Assembly: GCF_009914755.1 (NCBI RefSeq)
Contig: NC_060936.1
Reading direction: 5' to 3' (one strand)
DNA from: the human T2T-CHM13v2.0 reference genome, Homo sapiens
DNA length: 64,000 bases
The stretch's first letter is position 1. Each line of letters starts with the position of its first letter. Positions 37,511 to 54,129 of the stretch are shown here, in pieces. Position numbers and translations under genes: made by a program. The notes under the pieces were generated by a model. It was given only the letters and a program-made list of their open reading frames with translations, was not told where the DNA came from and did no database searches.

Positions 37511-39368
37511 TAGCCATATGGGTACACACATGCATGAACACTGTTACCAAATACGGATAAGTTCAGGAAGACTAAGAAAGAACAAGGAGACATTCTAGGA
37601 ATTCCACAAAGGTTATCTCCTTTGATGATTGAAAATCGTAGGGGATAGGTATTATTATCTCATGTTACACATTTTAAAAATTGGGCAAAAAGATTTAAGT
37701 AACTCACTCAAGGCCACAGAGCCAACAGGCTGTGAGCTGTGATTTGAGTAAGTTCTAAATAATAGAAAAACCCAGGCTTTTCTACTGTAAGAAAAGTCCT
37801 TAGACAGGAATGGTGGGAGAGAAGGGGAGAAATAAACAAACTGAGGCAGAGTGAATCTTTGGGGTAAGATTATTAAAGGCGCTTCTTGTTCTGAAGTTAT
37901 TGATGAAAGGGAGTGTCGGGGATGTGGAATAAAGACGCACTTACGAAGCACACTGCATTGGAAGAGACGCTCAGGGAAACACAGAGACAGGCAGATAGAC
38001 TGAGTCAGAGATAGGAACACAAAAAGAGACGCTCAAAGGTATCCTGAAGAAAGGAGTATGGCTTGATTTTCACCTTAGACTCAGCAAGGAGTTTTAGAAA
38101 TTGAAATAGTATTACAGACAAAAAAAAATTGTTACAATCTGAGTTCTAATTTTCACATATGTAAGATAAAAATTCCACAGTGCTTAGGACAGGATTTTAC
38201 CACTGCTCCTACAAGGACATTATTATCAAAGCTATGTAGTTAACAAACACTATTCACACTACCACTCTGACAGCCCTCTGACTATTGTGGGGGGAGAAGT
38301 ATAACTACCCAATTAATTTCACAATGGCACTAAATATTCCTCTTTGTTATACAGAAATTGCTTGCACAAACAAGGCTCTGGCAATTAAGTTTTGGCTACC
38401 CTTGGGATATGGTAGTAAATAATTATTTTGTCTAATTAATAATTTCAAATTGATTACAAACGAGACTTTGAGAATGGGAGGTTGAGGCAATAGAGAATTA
38501 ACCCATTGGATTCCAAGCCTTCCAAGTAATAAGACTTGTCTTCCATACGCAGGCCAGTCTCGTGTCTCCCACTGCTTGTATGAGAAGGGCAAAGAGAGAG
38601 GTAGGTTCTTTTGCCTGAGACTCAATGAACCCAGCCTGGGAGTCCTCGGAGCCCACAATAAACTCCAGAGATTTCAAACTGACCCTAACATTTGAAAGTC
38701 TTAAAGAATCTGATCCAAGGGACACACACAGGAAAACTGAATCTAGACAGCATCACTTGTTTCCAAGACAGTCTATCAGATTGTTCTGGAGAAGAGCGCT
38801 GAACCTACACAGTGCTGTCCAGAATCAAACTCTGCTTTTCTCTCTTATGAGCTTCTGAATAAGTGTATCTACTTAGAAGATGCAGGAACTGTGTGAAGTT
38901 GCACAACATCTTGGAGCCTCATTTCCTTATTTTATTTTATTTATTTTTTTTGAGCATTCATGAGTGCCATTTTATTTTGGGTCTCCAGAAATACTGACAG
39001 ATGTAGCAATAATCATTATCTTTAAACTTCACATTCACAGGTAAGCCTATCTCAGCTTTCCATATGGCAAAAAACATAAGCAACCCAAAACAGCCTGTGT
39101 CCTGGGATCCCTGTCCTATTTATTTATTTATTTATTTATTTATGTATTATTATTATTATTATTATTATACTTTAAGTTTTAGGGTACATGTGCACAACAT
39201 GCAGGTTTGTTACATATGTATACATGTGCCATGTTGGTGTGCTGCACCCATTAACTCGTCATTTAGCATTAGGTATATCTCCTAATGCCATCCCTCCCCG
39301 CTCCCCCCACCCCACAACAGGCCCCGATGTGTGATGTTCCCCTTCCTGTGTCCATGTGTTCTCATTGT

Positions 39369-39971
39369 TCAATTCCCACCTATGAGTGAGAACATGCGGT
39401 GTTCGGTTTTTTGTCCTTGCAATAGTTTGCTGAGAATGATGGTTTCCAGCTTCATCCATGTCCCTACAAAGGACATAAACTCATCATTTTTTATGGCTGC
39501 ATAGTATTCCATGGTGTATATGTGCCACATTTTCTTAATCCAGTCTATCATTGTTGGACATTTGGCTTGGTTCCAAGTCTTTGCTATTGTGAATAGTGCC
39601 GCAATAAACATACGTGTGCATGTGTCTTTATAGCAGCATGATTTATAGTCCTTTGGGTATATACCCAGTAATGGGATGGCTGGGTCAAACGGTATTTCTA
39701 GTTCTAGATCCTTGAGGAATCGCCACACTGACTTCCACAATGGTTGAACTAGTTTACAGTCCCACCAACAGTGTAAAAGTGTTCCTATTTCTCCACATCC
39801 TCTCCAGCACCTGTTGTTTCCTGACTTTTTAATGATTGCCATTCTCACTGGTGTGAGATGGTATCTCATTGTGTTTTTGATTTGCATTTCTCTGATGGCC
39901 AGTGATGATGAGCATTTTTTCATGTGTCTTTTGGCTGCATAAATATTTTCTTTTGAGAAGTGTCTGTTCAT
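39369..39971 (-). pseudogene. L1 ORF2p C-terminal (Cys-rich) remnant, 200 aa
   Basis: [18 protein letters not shown]...[10 protein letters not shown]; part of a truncated element. Confidence 0.9.
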
Positions 39972-40018
39972 ATCCTTCGCCCACTTTTTGATGGGGTTGT
40001 TTTTTTCTTGTAAATTTA

Positions 40019-40414
<396 letters not shown>

Positions 40415-40417
40415 TCA

Positions 40418-41358
<941 letters not shown>

Positions 41359-41380
41359 TGAACTCCTTATTTTATTTTAT

Positions 41381-41712
<332 letters not shown>

Positions 41713-41954
41713 TAATGTAAAGGGTGTTTGAGACAATGCAAGTAAATTGCGTGGCACATTCCTTAGCACATAACAAGCAAGAAGAAGTCATCACTATAGA
41801 TTTATTATGGATAATGCTTTGTTATTGTTATCATTATTTTCTGCAGATTCATTCCAAATAAATGACAAAGAAGAATGTTTCTGCTCTCTCATGCAGGTCA
41901 CTAGAAAGTTGGTGTTACACGGAGAACTGGTATAACAGTGGCTGGTAGATTTTT

Positions 41955-41956
<2 letters not shown>

Positions 41957-41989
<33 letters not shown>

Positions 41990-42145
41990 GATGTGGTCTC
42001 ACTCTGTCACACAGGCTGGAGTGCAGGGAGTGGCACGATCATGGCTCACTGCAGCCTTGAACTCCTGGGCTAAAGCAATCCTCCCCGCCCCCGTCCTAAG
42101 CCTCTCAAGTAGCTGGGGCCACAGGCACGCACTACTGTGCCTGGC
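41957..42145 (-). mobile_element. FRAM-like Alu monomer with T30 tail
   Basis: Single right-arm monomer; TTTTCCTTTT on both flanks. Confidence 0.8.
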
Positions 42146-42799
42146 AACTTTTCCTTTTTAAATAACAATTATTTTAGCTAAGCCTCAATTAATCATTGCT
42201 CCTCATAACAACTGTTATGAATCCTCTATCACCTATAATAACACTTGCCAATAATGTTCACTCATTAGCTCATTCACTTAACACACACTTATTAGGTACA
42301 TTCCCTGGAGAAGACACTGTTCGACAGGCACTTCAGGCTCCAAGAGGGAACAGCACACAGTCTTCTGACTATGATGAATGACTTGCAGTTTCCCATTCAC
42401 TCTGCTCATTGCTTACTTGTTCTCATGTATTATTTCCTTAGGCTTGAATGCTCTTTCCATCCTTCCCCTGTGGCTTGTTTCCGGAGCTCATCTTCATCCT
42501 TCAACACTCAGCTTCAACGTCACCATCTCCAGGAAGACTATGCAGATATATCCAGGTTTGCATGAACAGAGTAAGTTCTCCAAGGTGTCTATTGACCTAC
42601 TCTGCACTGCTGTAATTATTTACATCTCCCCTTTTGGTTGGATGAATAGTCCTTAAAAGGCAGGAACAGTCCCTCAGAGCTGAATCTGTGATCTGACACA
42701 CGGTAGGTGCCTAATAAAAATATACGTCAAATGAATAACAGAATAAAATTTAAAATATGCATCTGTAATTAAAGTCCAACAGATAAAATAAGTACTGTT

Positions 42800-43260
42800 T
42801 TTGTAAGTGCTTGCAAGAAACAGACACTAATGCAACTCTGGCTTAGACCAAAGAATAGTAATTTGTTGGATTATATGACTGGGAAATTCAAAGGGTGGGT
42901 CTGGATCCAAACATGGTTGAATCCAGGATTGAAACTTTATCATCAGGACATATTCTTGGCTCTGCTTTTCTCTATCTCAATTTCCAAGCAGACTCTCAAA
43001 GATGGTGAAAGGAAGCTGGGGGCTTAAGAGAAACCAGTTCCAGGTCCCCACTGGAAAGATGGGTGGCTTCCCTATAGCTCCAGCCAATGTCCTGGGATGG
43101 AATTTCATTGGCCATGCTTGAGTCACATGACCATCCCTGACCAATCACTGTGGCCAAGAGGTTGAGCATTCTGATTGGCTGGGGCTGGGTGACATCACTT
43201 GCACCTGCTACTGTGGTGGAACCCAGAGGAGATTAAAAGGGAGGAGGCTCCTCTGCACCC
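42800..43260 (-). mobile_element. MLT1K-like LTR
   Basis: GAGTCACATGACCATCCCTGACCAATCACTGTGGCCAAG..CTGATTGGCT. Confidence 0.7.
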
Positions 43261-44994
43261 TCGGGTATCACAGGAATTTGGGATGATGACAGAGCAGACA
43301 TGCCAAGGTCAAGTCATTTGAATTTGGCTTGAAAACCAGAAAGAATTTAGGCATGTGGGGACACTCTGTGTGGGAAGGCATGGCAGAATGACCTGTTCTG
43401 TGCTTGAACAGCTGTAATGGACTAAATGTTTGGAAATACAGGTTAGATCCAGGTCCCAAAGGGCCCTGATTGCTAGGCAGCAGGATTCCAATTTGCTCAG
43501 AAGGCAATGGAAGGCCACTGAAGCTTTTCACTCGGAAGGAGGCAAGCCCAGAACCGCGCTTTAGAGGGATTAATCAAGCAGCTGTGTGTAAAATACCCTG
43601 GGTAAATGTCCGAAAAGCATTTCAATAGCCTAGGTAACAGATAACGAAGCTCTCAATGTGCTGAGAAGAGCACACACGTGACACTTGGATTCAGGAACAG
43701 CTGAGGACAGAATTGACACTCCTGAAATATATTTTTCTACCCAGGCCAGCTCCTCCACTTCAGCCACTCTGCATCTGAGGCTGGCATTTAGTAGATAAAG
43801 CAAAGACATTTTCAAGGGCTATCATTACTGTGCATTACACAAAGCTTTGTGTGTGTGTGTGTGTGTTTTCTCCCCTGGCTTCTGACTCGGAGGAGTGGCT
43901 TTTTTCTTTCTGTTGCAGAAAGAAGAGGGGTGGTGAGCAAAGAAATGAGCTCCATCTCTATCTGTAGACTCTGACCCTGGCTGATTCCTTTGTGCACTGT
44001 GACAAATGGAGACACAGAAGATGGAAAACCACATTCCTAATTTCTTTCCCTGACAGACACCTATTAGCATTCTGTATTGCAAAGAAGACCTGAAAGACGT
44101 GGATGCAAATATCATCAAGGCAGCATCTCTGCATCCACAGGAAGACAATTAAACACACACAAGTTGCCTACACCTCCAGCCTCAGACAAGCTCCAAGGGC
44201 TGCCTTGAAGTCCTTCAGTCAATAAGATTTTTTTTTGTTTTACCTTTTTGTATCCTCAAAATAAAAGTCACAAGACATTAATAAAAAAGCAAGTTGATCC
44301 ATAAATAGTTCCCCAGTTTTATCTCAGTGATTATACTTTTTCCTCTTGATGCCTCCAGTGGCCTCCTCTTTCTGTCTCTCTACTTCGTAAGATATTTTAC
44401 ACAAGATACTTTGAAAACAACTCTTCCCTCTGACAGCCATATATTTCTAAGTGCTCCAAGCTGAAGGTGTTGGTGCCTTTTATTTTGCTTCATTTTTATG
44501 ATTTGATAAATCAATTTTAATGTCATGTTTTTAAAATCAGGCTTCTTCCAGATGGAAACAGATGTTTTGGTTTCTTGACACTGCTTGTTTTCATATGGCA
44601 TTCTCTGAAGGAAGCCAAGTGGTAATGACAGGTGGAGTGACAGACACTCTGTCTCCTACACTGTGCCCCAAACCTGCACATCACCTAAGACATTAAAGCA
44701 ACAACAACAAAATAAATTTTTCTCTTTTCAACTTAATGAAGAAAACTGGTACCCAAACCAAGGACCTTCAGATCTAAGAGAAAGAGCACTGCTGTTTGCC
44801 TCAAAAGTCTCTACTACCTGCTCAATAAATCAGAAAGCAAGAGTGACGTTCTGTTTTCCGTTAGTGGAGCAGCCCTTTACTCACTCCTCGAATCAAGAGA
44901 TGAAAAGTGTCTTCCATTTTTGGTTTTCACGCATGGTAGACATTTCTGGTTCTGACCCTTAAAACTTATTCATAGGATGCCAACTCTGTGATAA

Positions 44995-45162
44995 CCTTTC
45001 TCAAGCTCTCAAGATGTGCCCCCCGTGTCACCTGGGAGCTTGTTAAAAATGCAAGTTCTCCATAACTACTGAATCAGAAATTCTGGAGGGGGGGCCAGCC
45101 ATCTGTGTTTTACCAAGACCTTCAGGTGATATGGATGAATGTTAAATTTTGAGAACCTCTCC
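44995..45162. mobile_element. MER5A-like MITE
   Basis: TCACCTGGGAGCTTGTTAAAAATGCA..TACTGAATCAGAAA..TTTGAGAACC. Confidence 0.8.
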
Positions 45163-47924
45163 TATAGGGTAACTGAGAATTTTAAAATTAGAACATTCTA
45201 ACAAGATAACACAATGTACAGTCCATCCATCACTCAAGCAATCACTGAGCCCCTGCTCTGTCTCAGGTATACGGCAGTGACCACCTCACCGGACCCAGAG
45301 AGTGGGAACCAGTAACTGGTCATTGCTGCCACTCTGGTGTGGCACTCCCTCTTTTATAAGGGAAAAAGGAGATTTTAGAAAACAGAATGGACAGACTTTA
45401 GCTTCTGTCCTTTAGTTTTGTCCTTTGTCGTCTCTGTTGAAGATTTAAACCACAGAGTCACCTTCAAAGTGAAATACAAAAAATATTTTGCATTGTGATA
45501 CTAAGAAACTTGAAGTCAAAACCTTAGGTCTCTGTTGGATGCAAAGTTAACTTCTGTGAATTGCCTGCTCCTTTCCAAAGTCTGCACTGGGGGGTCATAA
45601 TCCCCTTCAAGCCTTTGTAAGATATGCTGAGTGGAAAAGGTATTGACTATGTAATTTTCCAGAGGGATGAAATATGGCTGCCCGGCCTGTGTACAGTATG
45701 TGAATCAACCTAGAATCTATACATGGGGAGATACTGGACGGATCAATCTTTATTCCTAGGCAATCAAGCAGGGAATCATCTCCAGATCTCTCTATAGACA
45801 GCTCATAAAATGGGGTTCTAAATTTGTGGTGTGGACTATAAAAGCGATTTGTTTTGGGAGAACAGTCACATAAGATGAGCGCATTTGGATGATAAACTTC
45901 ACAGACAATTCCCCTGGGCAACTGTGCAAGATTTTGTAGGAGGTTTCTTTGTAAAGTTACCAAGGCAGCTTCTAAGATTTTGTTTTTTTAAATTTTTGGT
46001 GTGGTCAGTTATGTTAGGCAACTGAGGAGACTGCCAACACGTGTAGTGTAGTTTATGTAAGAGAAACTCTGAGGTCCTCGGAATGATCATTTGTGAAGCC
46101 CTCCCTACTTTGAGCCAGGCATATACTAGGGGTTGGGCTTATGTTTCCTGATTTACTTCATCCTCCTGGTGATTCTCTGTGATGGGTACTTTTTCTTGTC
46201 CTTATTTTTCAGGTGAGGACATCGCTGCTTGCACAAATAAAGTGGCTGTATTGGTGTCTCCAAAACTCCCCATTGTTTAAGGGGGTTATAAATATTGTGC
46301 AAATCGTAAAGAGTTTCGGCATCATGTCTCATGACAACATGAAATTGACAACATGAAAATTATTTTTACAATTCTATAAACTGCTTCTGACATAAGAAAT
46401 TGACATTTATGAAACTGGTTGCTCCTCCAAAGGCCTGAAAATGACCCACAAGTTGTCACAGCACCTTTTGTCCTTAGAAACACAGAGGAAGCTTGTCAGT
46501 TGTGAGAATTTTGAGGTAACCAGGATGGGCTATGCATAAGTCAATAAATAACCACAAAAGTTGGTCTGTGGAATAAGAGGAAAGAAAGAAGTAGAAGAGA
46601 GTAGAGATGACATCATGAGAACACAGAGAGGCTCAGATAGAGAAAATGGGTGCATGAGCATTTCTGGGATCTAGGAAAGCTGACCACATGTCTTTGACTC
46701 ATGTTTATTATCTGGATCTTTGCTCTAAATCCCTCATGGCATAAGCAAGCAGAAGTGAGTTTCTCTTCCTTGCAATCAAATCCCACTTAATTAGGAATCC
46801 TAATTAGGCTCCAGGAAAAGCACCTCTTATTTTGTTGCACTTCACTTTATCGTGTTTTGTAGATATTACTTTTTTTTTTTTTTTAACAAATTGAAGGTTT
46901 ATGGCAACCCTGCATTGAGCAAGTCTATCGGCTCCTTATTCCCAGCAACATGTGCTCACTTTGTGTCTCTGGCACATTTTGATAATTCATGCAATATTTT
47001 AAGTTATTATTATTACAGTATCTGTATGGTGATCATTGATCTTCTGTGTCACTGCAATTCTTTGGGGGCACTATGAACTGTGCCCATAAGATGAAGAACT
47101 TAATCAATAAATGTCATCTGTGTTCTGCCTGCTCCACCAACCAGCTGTTCCTCCACCCTTCTCCCTCTCCTCGGGCCTTCCTATTTCTGACAAACGACAG
47201 TAGTGAAATGAAACCAGTTACTGACCCTACAATGGCCTCTAAGTGTTCCAGGGAAAGGAAGGCTCCTCCATCTTTTACTTTAAATCAAAACTAGAAATGA
47301 TTAACCTTCATGAGGAAGGCATGTCAAAAGAGGTGATAGGCCAAAATCTAGGCTTTTGTGTCAAATAGCTAACCAAGCTGTGAATGCAAAGGAGAAGTTT
47401 TTGAAGGAAACTAAAAGTGCCACACCAGTGAATACACAAATGATAAGAATGTGAAACAACCAACCTTATTGCTGACTGGAAAAAGATTTAAGTGGTTTGG
47501 ACAGAAGATCAAACCAGCCACAACATTCCCTTAAGCCAAAGCCTACTCCAGAGCAAGGCCCTAACTCTCTTCAGTTCTGTGAATCTTAGAGAGGTGAGGA
47601 AGCTACGGAAGTTGGAAGTTGGCAGAGGTTGATTAATAAGGCTTAACAGAATCAACTGTCTCCATGACATAAAAGTGCAAAGTGAAGCAGCAAGTGCTGA
47701 TGGAGATGCTGCAGCAAGTTATCCAGAAGATCTAGCTAAGACCACCGATGAAGATGGCTAAACTGAACTACAGATTTGCCATGGAGAGGAAACTGCCTTC
47801 TGTTGGAAGAAGATGCCATCTAGGAGCTTCACAGCTGGAGAGGAGAAGTCAATACCTGGCTTCAAAGCTTCAAGGGACATGCTGACTCCCTTGTTAGGGG
47901 CTAATGCCACTGGGGACTTCAAGT

Positions 47925-48291
47925 TGAGTTCATGTCCTTTGCAGGGACTTGGATGAAGCTGGAAACTATCATCCTCAGCAAACTAACACAGGAAGAGAAA
48001 ACAAAACACCTCATGTTCTCACTCATAAGTGGGAGTTGAGCAATGAGAACACATGGACACAGAGGGGAACATCACATACTGGGGCCTGTCGTTGGGTTGG
48101 GGGGACGGGGAGGGAGAGAATTAGGATAAATACCTAATGCATGCGGGGCTTAAAACCTAGATGACGGGTTGATAGGTGCAGCAAACCACTATGGCAGGTG
48201 TATACCTATGTAACAAACCTGCATGTTCAGCACGTGTATCCCGGAACTTAAAGTAAAAAACAAACAAACAAAAAACAACCCCATCAAAAAG
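47925..48291 (+). mobile_element. L1PA7/8-like 3' tip within Tigger1
   Basis: GCATGCGGGGCTTAAAACCTAGATGACGGGTTGATAGG; (CAAA)n tail; no TSD. Confidence 0.9.
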
Positions 48292-48539
48292 AGGACCTGT
48301 TTCATATGCATGAAAAAGGTGGTTTGTGGACATAGTTGAAATGACAACAAAGGATTTACAATATTGCTTCAACCTAGTTGATAAAACAACAGGTTTTGAG
48401 CGGATTCTTCAATTTTGAAAGACGTTCTACTGTGAGTAAAATGCTATCAAATAGCATCACATGCTACGGAGAAATCTTTCATGAAAACAAGAGTCAATCA
48501 ATGTAGGACACTTCACTGTTGTCTTATTTTAAGACTTTT

Positions 48540-48822
48540 TTTTTTTTTGAGACAGAGTTTCACTCTTGTTGCCCAGCGCAGTGGCCTGATCTCGGCTCAC
48601 TGCAACCTCCTCCTCTTGGGTTCAAGTGATTCTCCTGCCTCAGCCTCCTGAGCAGCTGGGATTACAGGCATGTGCCACCACGCCCGGCTAATTTTTGTAT
48701 TTTTAGTAGAGAAGGGGTTTCACCATGTTGGTCAGGCTGGTCTCGAACTCCTGACCTCGTGATCCACCTGCCTCGGCCTCCCAAGGTGCTGAGATTACAG
48801 GCGTGAGCCACTGCGCCCAGCC
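48540..48822 (-). mobile_element. AluS
   Basis: TSD AAGACTTTT at 48531-48539 and 48823-48831. Confidence 0.93.
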
Positions 48823-48980
48823 AAGACTTTTAAGACATTGCCACAGTCAGCCTAACCTTCAGCTACCACCACCCGGATCAGTCAGCAGTCGTCCATGTCG
48901 GGTAAGACCTTCCAATAGCAAAACGATTAGGACCCACTGAAGGCTCATTAGCAGTTTTTGGCAATAAAGTGATTTTAGTT

Positions 48981-49289
<309 letters not shown>

Positions 49290-52200
49290 TGGTTTTAGTT
49301 ATTTTTAGCTAAAGTATGTAATTGCTTTTCAGACATAACACTATTGCACACTTGATAAACTATAGAATAGTGTAAACATAACTTTTCTATGTACTGGAAA
49401 ACCACACACAAAAAATTGTGTGATTCACTTTAGTATGGTGATCTGGAACTGAACCTGCAGTATCTCCGAGGCATGTCCATAGCAGATCTTTATTTATTCA
49501 CATGCCTAGCAAAACACCTGGTACATAGTAGATGCTCAACAAAAACGTCCCAATGAGCAAATTCATTCATTAAATACACATTTTTGGAAACCACATTCTT
49601 GTATAACCAACAAACCAGGCATCTATGAACCCCTGAGCTGTGTTGTTTTTTGGAGACTTTCAACGGCATGGCTTGGGCTTTTAAACATGCAGTGACTGGC
49701 AAAGCAGATCACTGCCTTTCACCTGCTCCTTTCTGTAACCCTTCGCCTCCGAATAGTTCCAATATCTGCATTAATTCAGGTCAATGAGCAACACAGTCGG
49801 TTTCTGGGCACTAACCAATCTTTTCAAAGGCATGTGCATTGTCACAGGGGACTCGGGAACAGGAGTCTCCAAAACCACAGTAATATTTTTACTATTAATA
49901 AAGATGTATGCCCTTCTGCTCCCTCCTAACACATTACATATTTATCAATTTATTGAGTGCTTGCTCTGGGCCATGTACAATGGCACCCTAAGTACTTTAT
50001 TACAATTAATTCTCACATCAACCCATTAACTGGGTGAAGTCATTGTAATGATTCTCAGCTGAGGGTTGAAGAAACCCAAACTCAGAGGTGAGCTATTTTG
50101 CCCAAGTTCACAGACCACAAGTAGGATCACTGGTGCTCAAAGGAAGTTCACAACATCGCAGTCTGCAGGCTTGACTTCCAGCCCAGTGATCTTCTGCTGG
50201 GACTAAATCTGCTGTCCCTGACTGACTGACTGTCAGAAGTTGACAAGACCCAGTGACAGAGCACTGAACTGCCAGCCTTCTCGTCCCTTCGCGTTGACAG
50301 CTGAATATCCCATTGACGTGGATGCTGTCATCATTAACTTATAGGCTACAGCGTGGGTGAACTGGGGGAGTGCAAAGGTGAGGGCTGAATCATGGGAGGG
50401 CTCTACATGTTCAGTCTGCCCACTCATCTTGTCCAATTCTGGTCTCTGATCATGATGCCAGCAGATATTTTCTGGAAGCGATGACATTGACCTCCAGAGG
50501 ATGACAGCATATTCTACTTTCTAAGCATCTGAGAGAAGCAGAAAAAAAGTGAGTCCTGGATGCACAGAAGGCTGGGGCTTTGGCCAGGCTGCATGCCATA
50601 ATCCACTCACTCTGAATATTTATCCAGGACCTACTGTGTGCCTGAGATGGCCTGCTAGATGCAGAGACACAAAGATGCATAAAAGTCCTACCGAAGCTTG
50701 AACTTTGAAGGGGTTAACAGAAAACACACAAGAGGACAAAAACTCTATGTATTACTATAAACTGGGCAATTGCTATCAAAAGCCACTGTGAGATAGAGAA
50801 TAGCTGTAGGACATCCAGTAATCTAGGATGATCAGGAAAGTGACATGGAAATTGAGGCACAAAGAAGAAGTCAGACTCAGCTGAACACATAGTAGAGGTC
50901 CTGGTACTGGAAACAGCTGGATGTTTCTGGAACCACAAAGAAGGCCACTGTGGCCGGACCTTACTGGACCACAGTGAGAGCAGTGGGATACTGGACTTAG
51001 GCATTCCATTCTTGTGTGAATTTCATGCCTACAACTCTTCATGTAGCAGAATCTATAAAAAAGGGACTCCTTCCACAAACTGTTTCCTCAATCTATAAAA
51101 GATAGGAAGGACAGGTCTAAGAAACAGAGACAGAAAATAAAGGAGTCAGGTCTTCTTGAAAAAGAGAATGTGTTTTTAATCTGTCCAAGGCAATATTTCT
51201 TAAAGCAGTTGGATCCCATGCCACCTTATTAAAAACAAATATTTTGTTTTGCCTTCTTTTGTCTCTACAATGAAATCTGTAGATAATATAATAACCTGCT
51301 TACATAATTCAAAAGAGGTATAACTGCTTCATCGTATAATAATGAGTGAAAGGAAAGTGATTTATAACAAAGCAATGTGCATCCCACTCTGCAGGCGTCC
51401 AGCAGAGCTGCAGGACACAGTGAAGGGTCTGCACCGTGTAAAGACAGACGCTGTGAGCATGACCTGGTGTGCAGTGATGGAATATTCTGGAAAGTTGAAC
51501 AACTTTTGAAAAAGTTCTAGACAAAGCAAAATACAATCTGACCTCGATTTAACCGGCAATTGCATTCCTTGACAATTTGACTGTATTAAAATTATGCAGA
51601 AATACTTCCTATTTATATAGAGAATGGAGTCAAGTTTTATGCTCACGTATTTGTAAGCGGGTGTTCCCTCTCCATCAGTATCCTGTGGGTGTTTGAGTAC
51701 CATGTCGGGAAGCAGGACTGTGCTTTCTGTTGAATGGGACTGTCCTCCACACTGTGGGGGGTTTAGTATCCCTGCTTTCTGTCTGCTCATACCAGTTGGC
51801 AACACGCAGCAAATGTGGCAATCAAAAATAATGCCTCCGCCATGTTAATAAAATACCCCCAGGCATGTGTGTGTCCATCCACATGGGAATGTACACACGG
51901 TGGGAGGAAACATTCTGGACATTTGTAGGGCTATTGCCTTTGCTTGGAAATCACTATGCTGAGAAGTATTGCTGTCAGGGATCAGAATGAAGAAAGAGAC
52001 AAGAGCAACTTCCCAAATTCTACAAAACCAAGTCATCCACAGCCATATTTAAATATCATTGCGGACCCACTGCACGTATGCCAAGTGACTCCCAACAGGC
52101 TTATCTCTGTCTGACATTGTTGGTGCCCCACACCTTCCTGAGGTCACAGAATTGCTTGCGTGTGCCGAGCCTGGGGTCAGGTCACTCAGACACTGATCTT

Positions 52201-52319
52201 CCCAACACTCCTTGGGTCCAGGGGATGGCCCCTAATGCCCAAGTTCACGCTGAGGCTCAAATTCTCTACATTAAGAAGGAGGACCCACCTGAGCCTGCCA
52301 AGTTGAAATACCATAAGGC

Positions 52320-52880
52320 GCGCTTTCTCCACCTCGACATTCTGGGAGAGAGATGTATTTGTGGTGGGGGCTGGAGTGCATTGTAGGATGCTCAGATCCA
52401 TTAAATGGGGACCAGGCTTGACAATCTCCTGGCAGATAAAACCAATTAGGCAAAGTAAGCAAAGCTTAATCTCGCTTCAATCTCAAATGCCAGGGAAGCT
52501 TAACTCAGATTATTTCTTATAAATTCCTCCGATAATCACAAACAAAACTTACGCTGCCTTCCAGTATAAGATGATCAATTTCTACCAATCGTTTTTTGTC
52601 CAAAAACCCTGATTGTGACAACCAACTTTTATAAAGGATAAACAACTTCCTCGTTCTTGCTTGATAATCCATGCCTCTTAATCATTTTTGGTTTACGATC
52701 TCCTGGTTTCAGGACGGTGCTTTTCTATGCACAAGAACTTTAAAAATTAGTTTCATTTGATTTTATTTTTAACAGGGATGTTTAGTAGCATTCCTGGTCT
52801 TTACCCATGAGATGCCAGCAGCAACCCCGTCTCCTTGGTCGTGACAATGAAAAATGTCTCCAGACATTGCCGAAGTGACA
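52320..52880. mobile_element. MER20 split by an ERV1-type solo LTR (LTR37-like, ~52400-52774)
   Basis: MER20 halves TTTGTGGTGGGGGCTG..GTGCATTGTAGGATG and GGATGTTTAGTAGCAT..AAAAATGTCTCCAGACATTGCC; insert ends TTTTAACA. Confidence 0.6.
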
Positions 52881-53196
52881 CAAGCTGAGAAACACAGTCG
52901 TAAGATGAGACGTTTGATTTCTTTTGAAAATAAGGTAAGCTGACTCTTCAGTTCCTTTAAGACCCCCCTCCTCATCCTGTGTTTTGTAAGCTCAGCATGT
53001 TGACATACACCGATCTCATCTAATGCTCTAGACCCAAAGGGAGAGGCCAACGGCAAGACCAATACACTAGGCATTTGTTAAAGTGTCCCTTTTGCTTTAC
53101 TTGGTCTCCATGCTCTATTCCAAAACTATCTGCTCCTCTTAAACCTTGGTTTTAAGGCCTAAACTTAGAGAGAATCATGTTAAAAATAGACAAACA

Positions 53197-54129
<933 letters not shown>

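Noticed and set aside
33281-39166. Existing inversion between the inverted L1s
   Set aside because: The MSTA host and both sets of TSDs are collinear in this haplotype
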